Shown piece after piece: positions 7,133 to 7,904 of a stretch of DNA of 7,904 bases (position 1 is its first letter; each line of letters starts with the position of its first letter). Source of the stretch: Octopus sinensis (Eukaryota); the NCBI RefSeq assembly GCF_006345805.1, contig NW_021828551.1:1-7904 (forward strand), read 5' to 3'. A program made the position numbers and the translations under genes. The notes beneath the pieces are model-generated. The model had not been told where the DNA came from. It did not search any database and saw only the letters and a list, made by a program, of their open reading frames with translations.

Positions 7133-7165
7133 GTAGATAGATAATGTATGTATGTATGTATGTTA
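6706..7165. repeat. Compound microsatellite: (CT)n, (TA)n, (TG)n, (TATG)n
   Basis: Visible. Confidence 0.95.
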
Positions 7166-7272
7166 TTTGTATATGATAATGATCTCGAAAAGAATTTTCC
7201 ATAATAAATGCCAAATCAACATCAGAATGGTGAGCGCGGGTCTGAACAAGTACAAATGCAGTGATAGTAAGT

Positions 7273-7318
7273 AACAACAACAACAACAATAATAATACTA
7301 GTAATAATAATAATAATA

Positions 7319-7357
<39 letters not shown>
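7273..7357. repeat. (AAC)n(AAT)n trinucleotide microsatellite
   Basis: Visible. Confidence 0.95.
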
Positions 7358-7359
<2 letters not shown>

Positions 7360-7608
7360 TCAATGATGTACAAATCGATCAGTAAATGGAGAGATGTAAG
7401 TATAATGTCTCTTTTATTTTTTAATTTTATTTCTCTTTATTTATTTGTTGTTCCAAGACAAATTTGATCGATTTTTGGAATGGTTAAGCTTTCTCTTGGA
7501 ATATCTGGCAACTTTACAGGGAGGTGGTCATTGATTCCACTGTATCATAACTAACACCACCTGCCGTTCTTCCTCATTCTCGTCTTTCGAAATTAGTCCC
7601 AAACAACT

Positions 7609-7699
7609 TACCTACCTACCTACCTACCTACCTACCTACCTACCTACCTACCTACCTACCTACCTACTTACCTACGTACCTACCTACCTACCTACCTAC
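7609..7699. repeat. (TACC)n tetranucleotide microsatellite
   Basis: About 22 units with a few variant units (TACT, TACG). Confidence 0.97.
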
Positions 7700-7704
7700 A
7701 TTCC

Positions 7705-7735
7705 TTCTTTCTTTCTTTCTTTCTTTCTTTCTTTC
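7705..7735. repeat. (TTTC)n
   Basis: Visible. Confidence 0.95.
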
Positions 7736-7822
7736 ATTCCGTCTGCCTTTCTGCCGTTCCCTCGTTCTTCGTTTGCTACCTCCTCTGATTTGCATTCTCC
7801 ACCTCCACCATCACTATCGAAT

Positions 7823-7904
7823 TCGTCGTCGTCGTCGTCATCATCGCTATCAACATCGTCGTCATCATCATCATCATCATCATTACCATCATCATCAACA
7901 TAAT
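7823..7904. repeat. (TCG)n/(TCA)n trinucleotide microsatellite
   Basis: Visible; runs to the window edge. Confidence 0.9.

Noticed and set aside
7165-7260. Minus-strand peptide [12 protein letters not shown] resembling the start of a VWA domain, after a good acceptor (TTGTTCAG)
   Set aside because: The DxSxS motif is absent and no GT donor appears before the microsatellite.
1-7904. CRISPR arrays, rRNA, intact tRNA, telomeric repeats, transposase or reverse-transcriptase ORFs
   Set aside because: No repeat-spacer periodicity, no complete cloverleaf, no TTAGGG arrays and no long complex ORF were found.

Overview
AT-rich, microsatellite-saturated, apparently non-coding eukaryotic DNA. The compound TA/CA/CT/TACA/AAT/TACC arrays and SINE-like fragments suggest an octopus or related cephalopod; this is an inference from remembered repeat consensi, not a search result. 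I find no credible protein-coding gene: almost all listed ORFs are read-throughs of simple repeats. The non-microsatellite islands hold decayed interspersed repeats. These include two or three SINE-like relics, a tRNA T-arm/B-box remnant, and two long diverged inverted-repeat (fold-back) structures at 1782-2224 and about 5193-5770. The second structure contains three copies of a 30-45 bp module. A 25-nt minus-strand motif at 4970-4994 has the architecture of a minimal hammerhead ribozyme of the Penelope-like-element type, with a non-canonical core. Weaker hammerhead-like relics occur elsewhere in the window.
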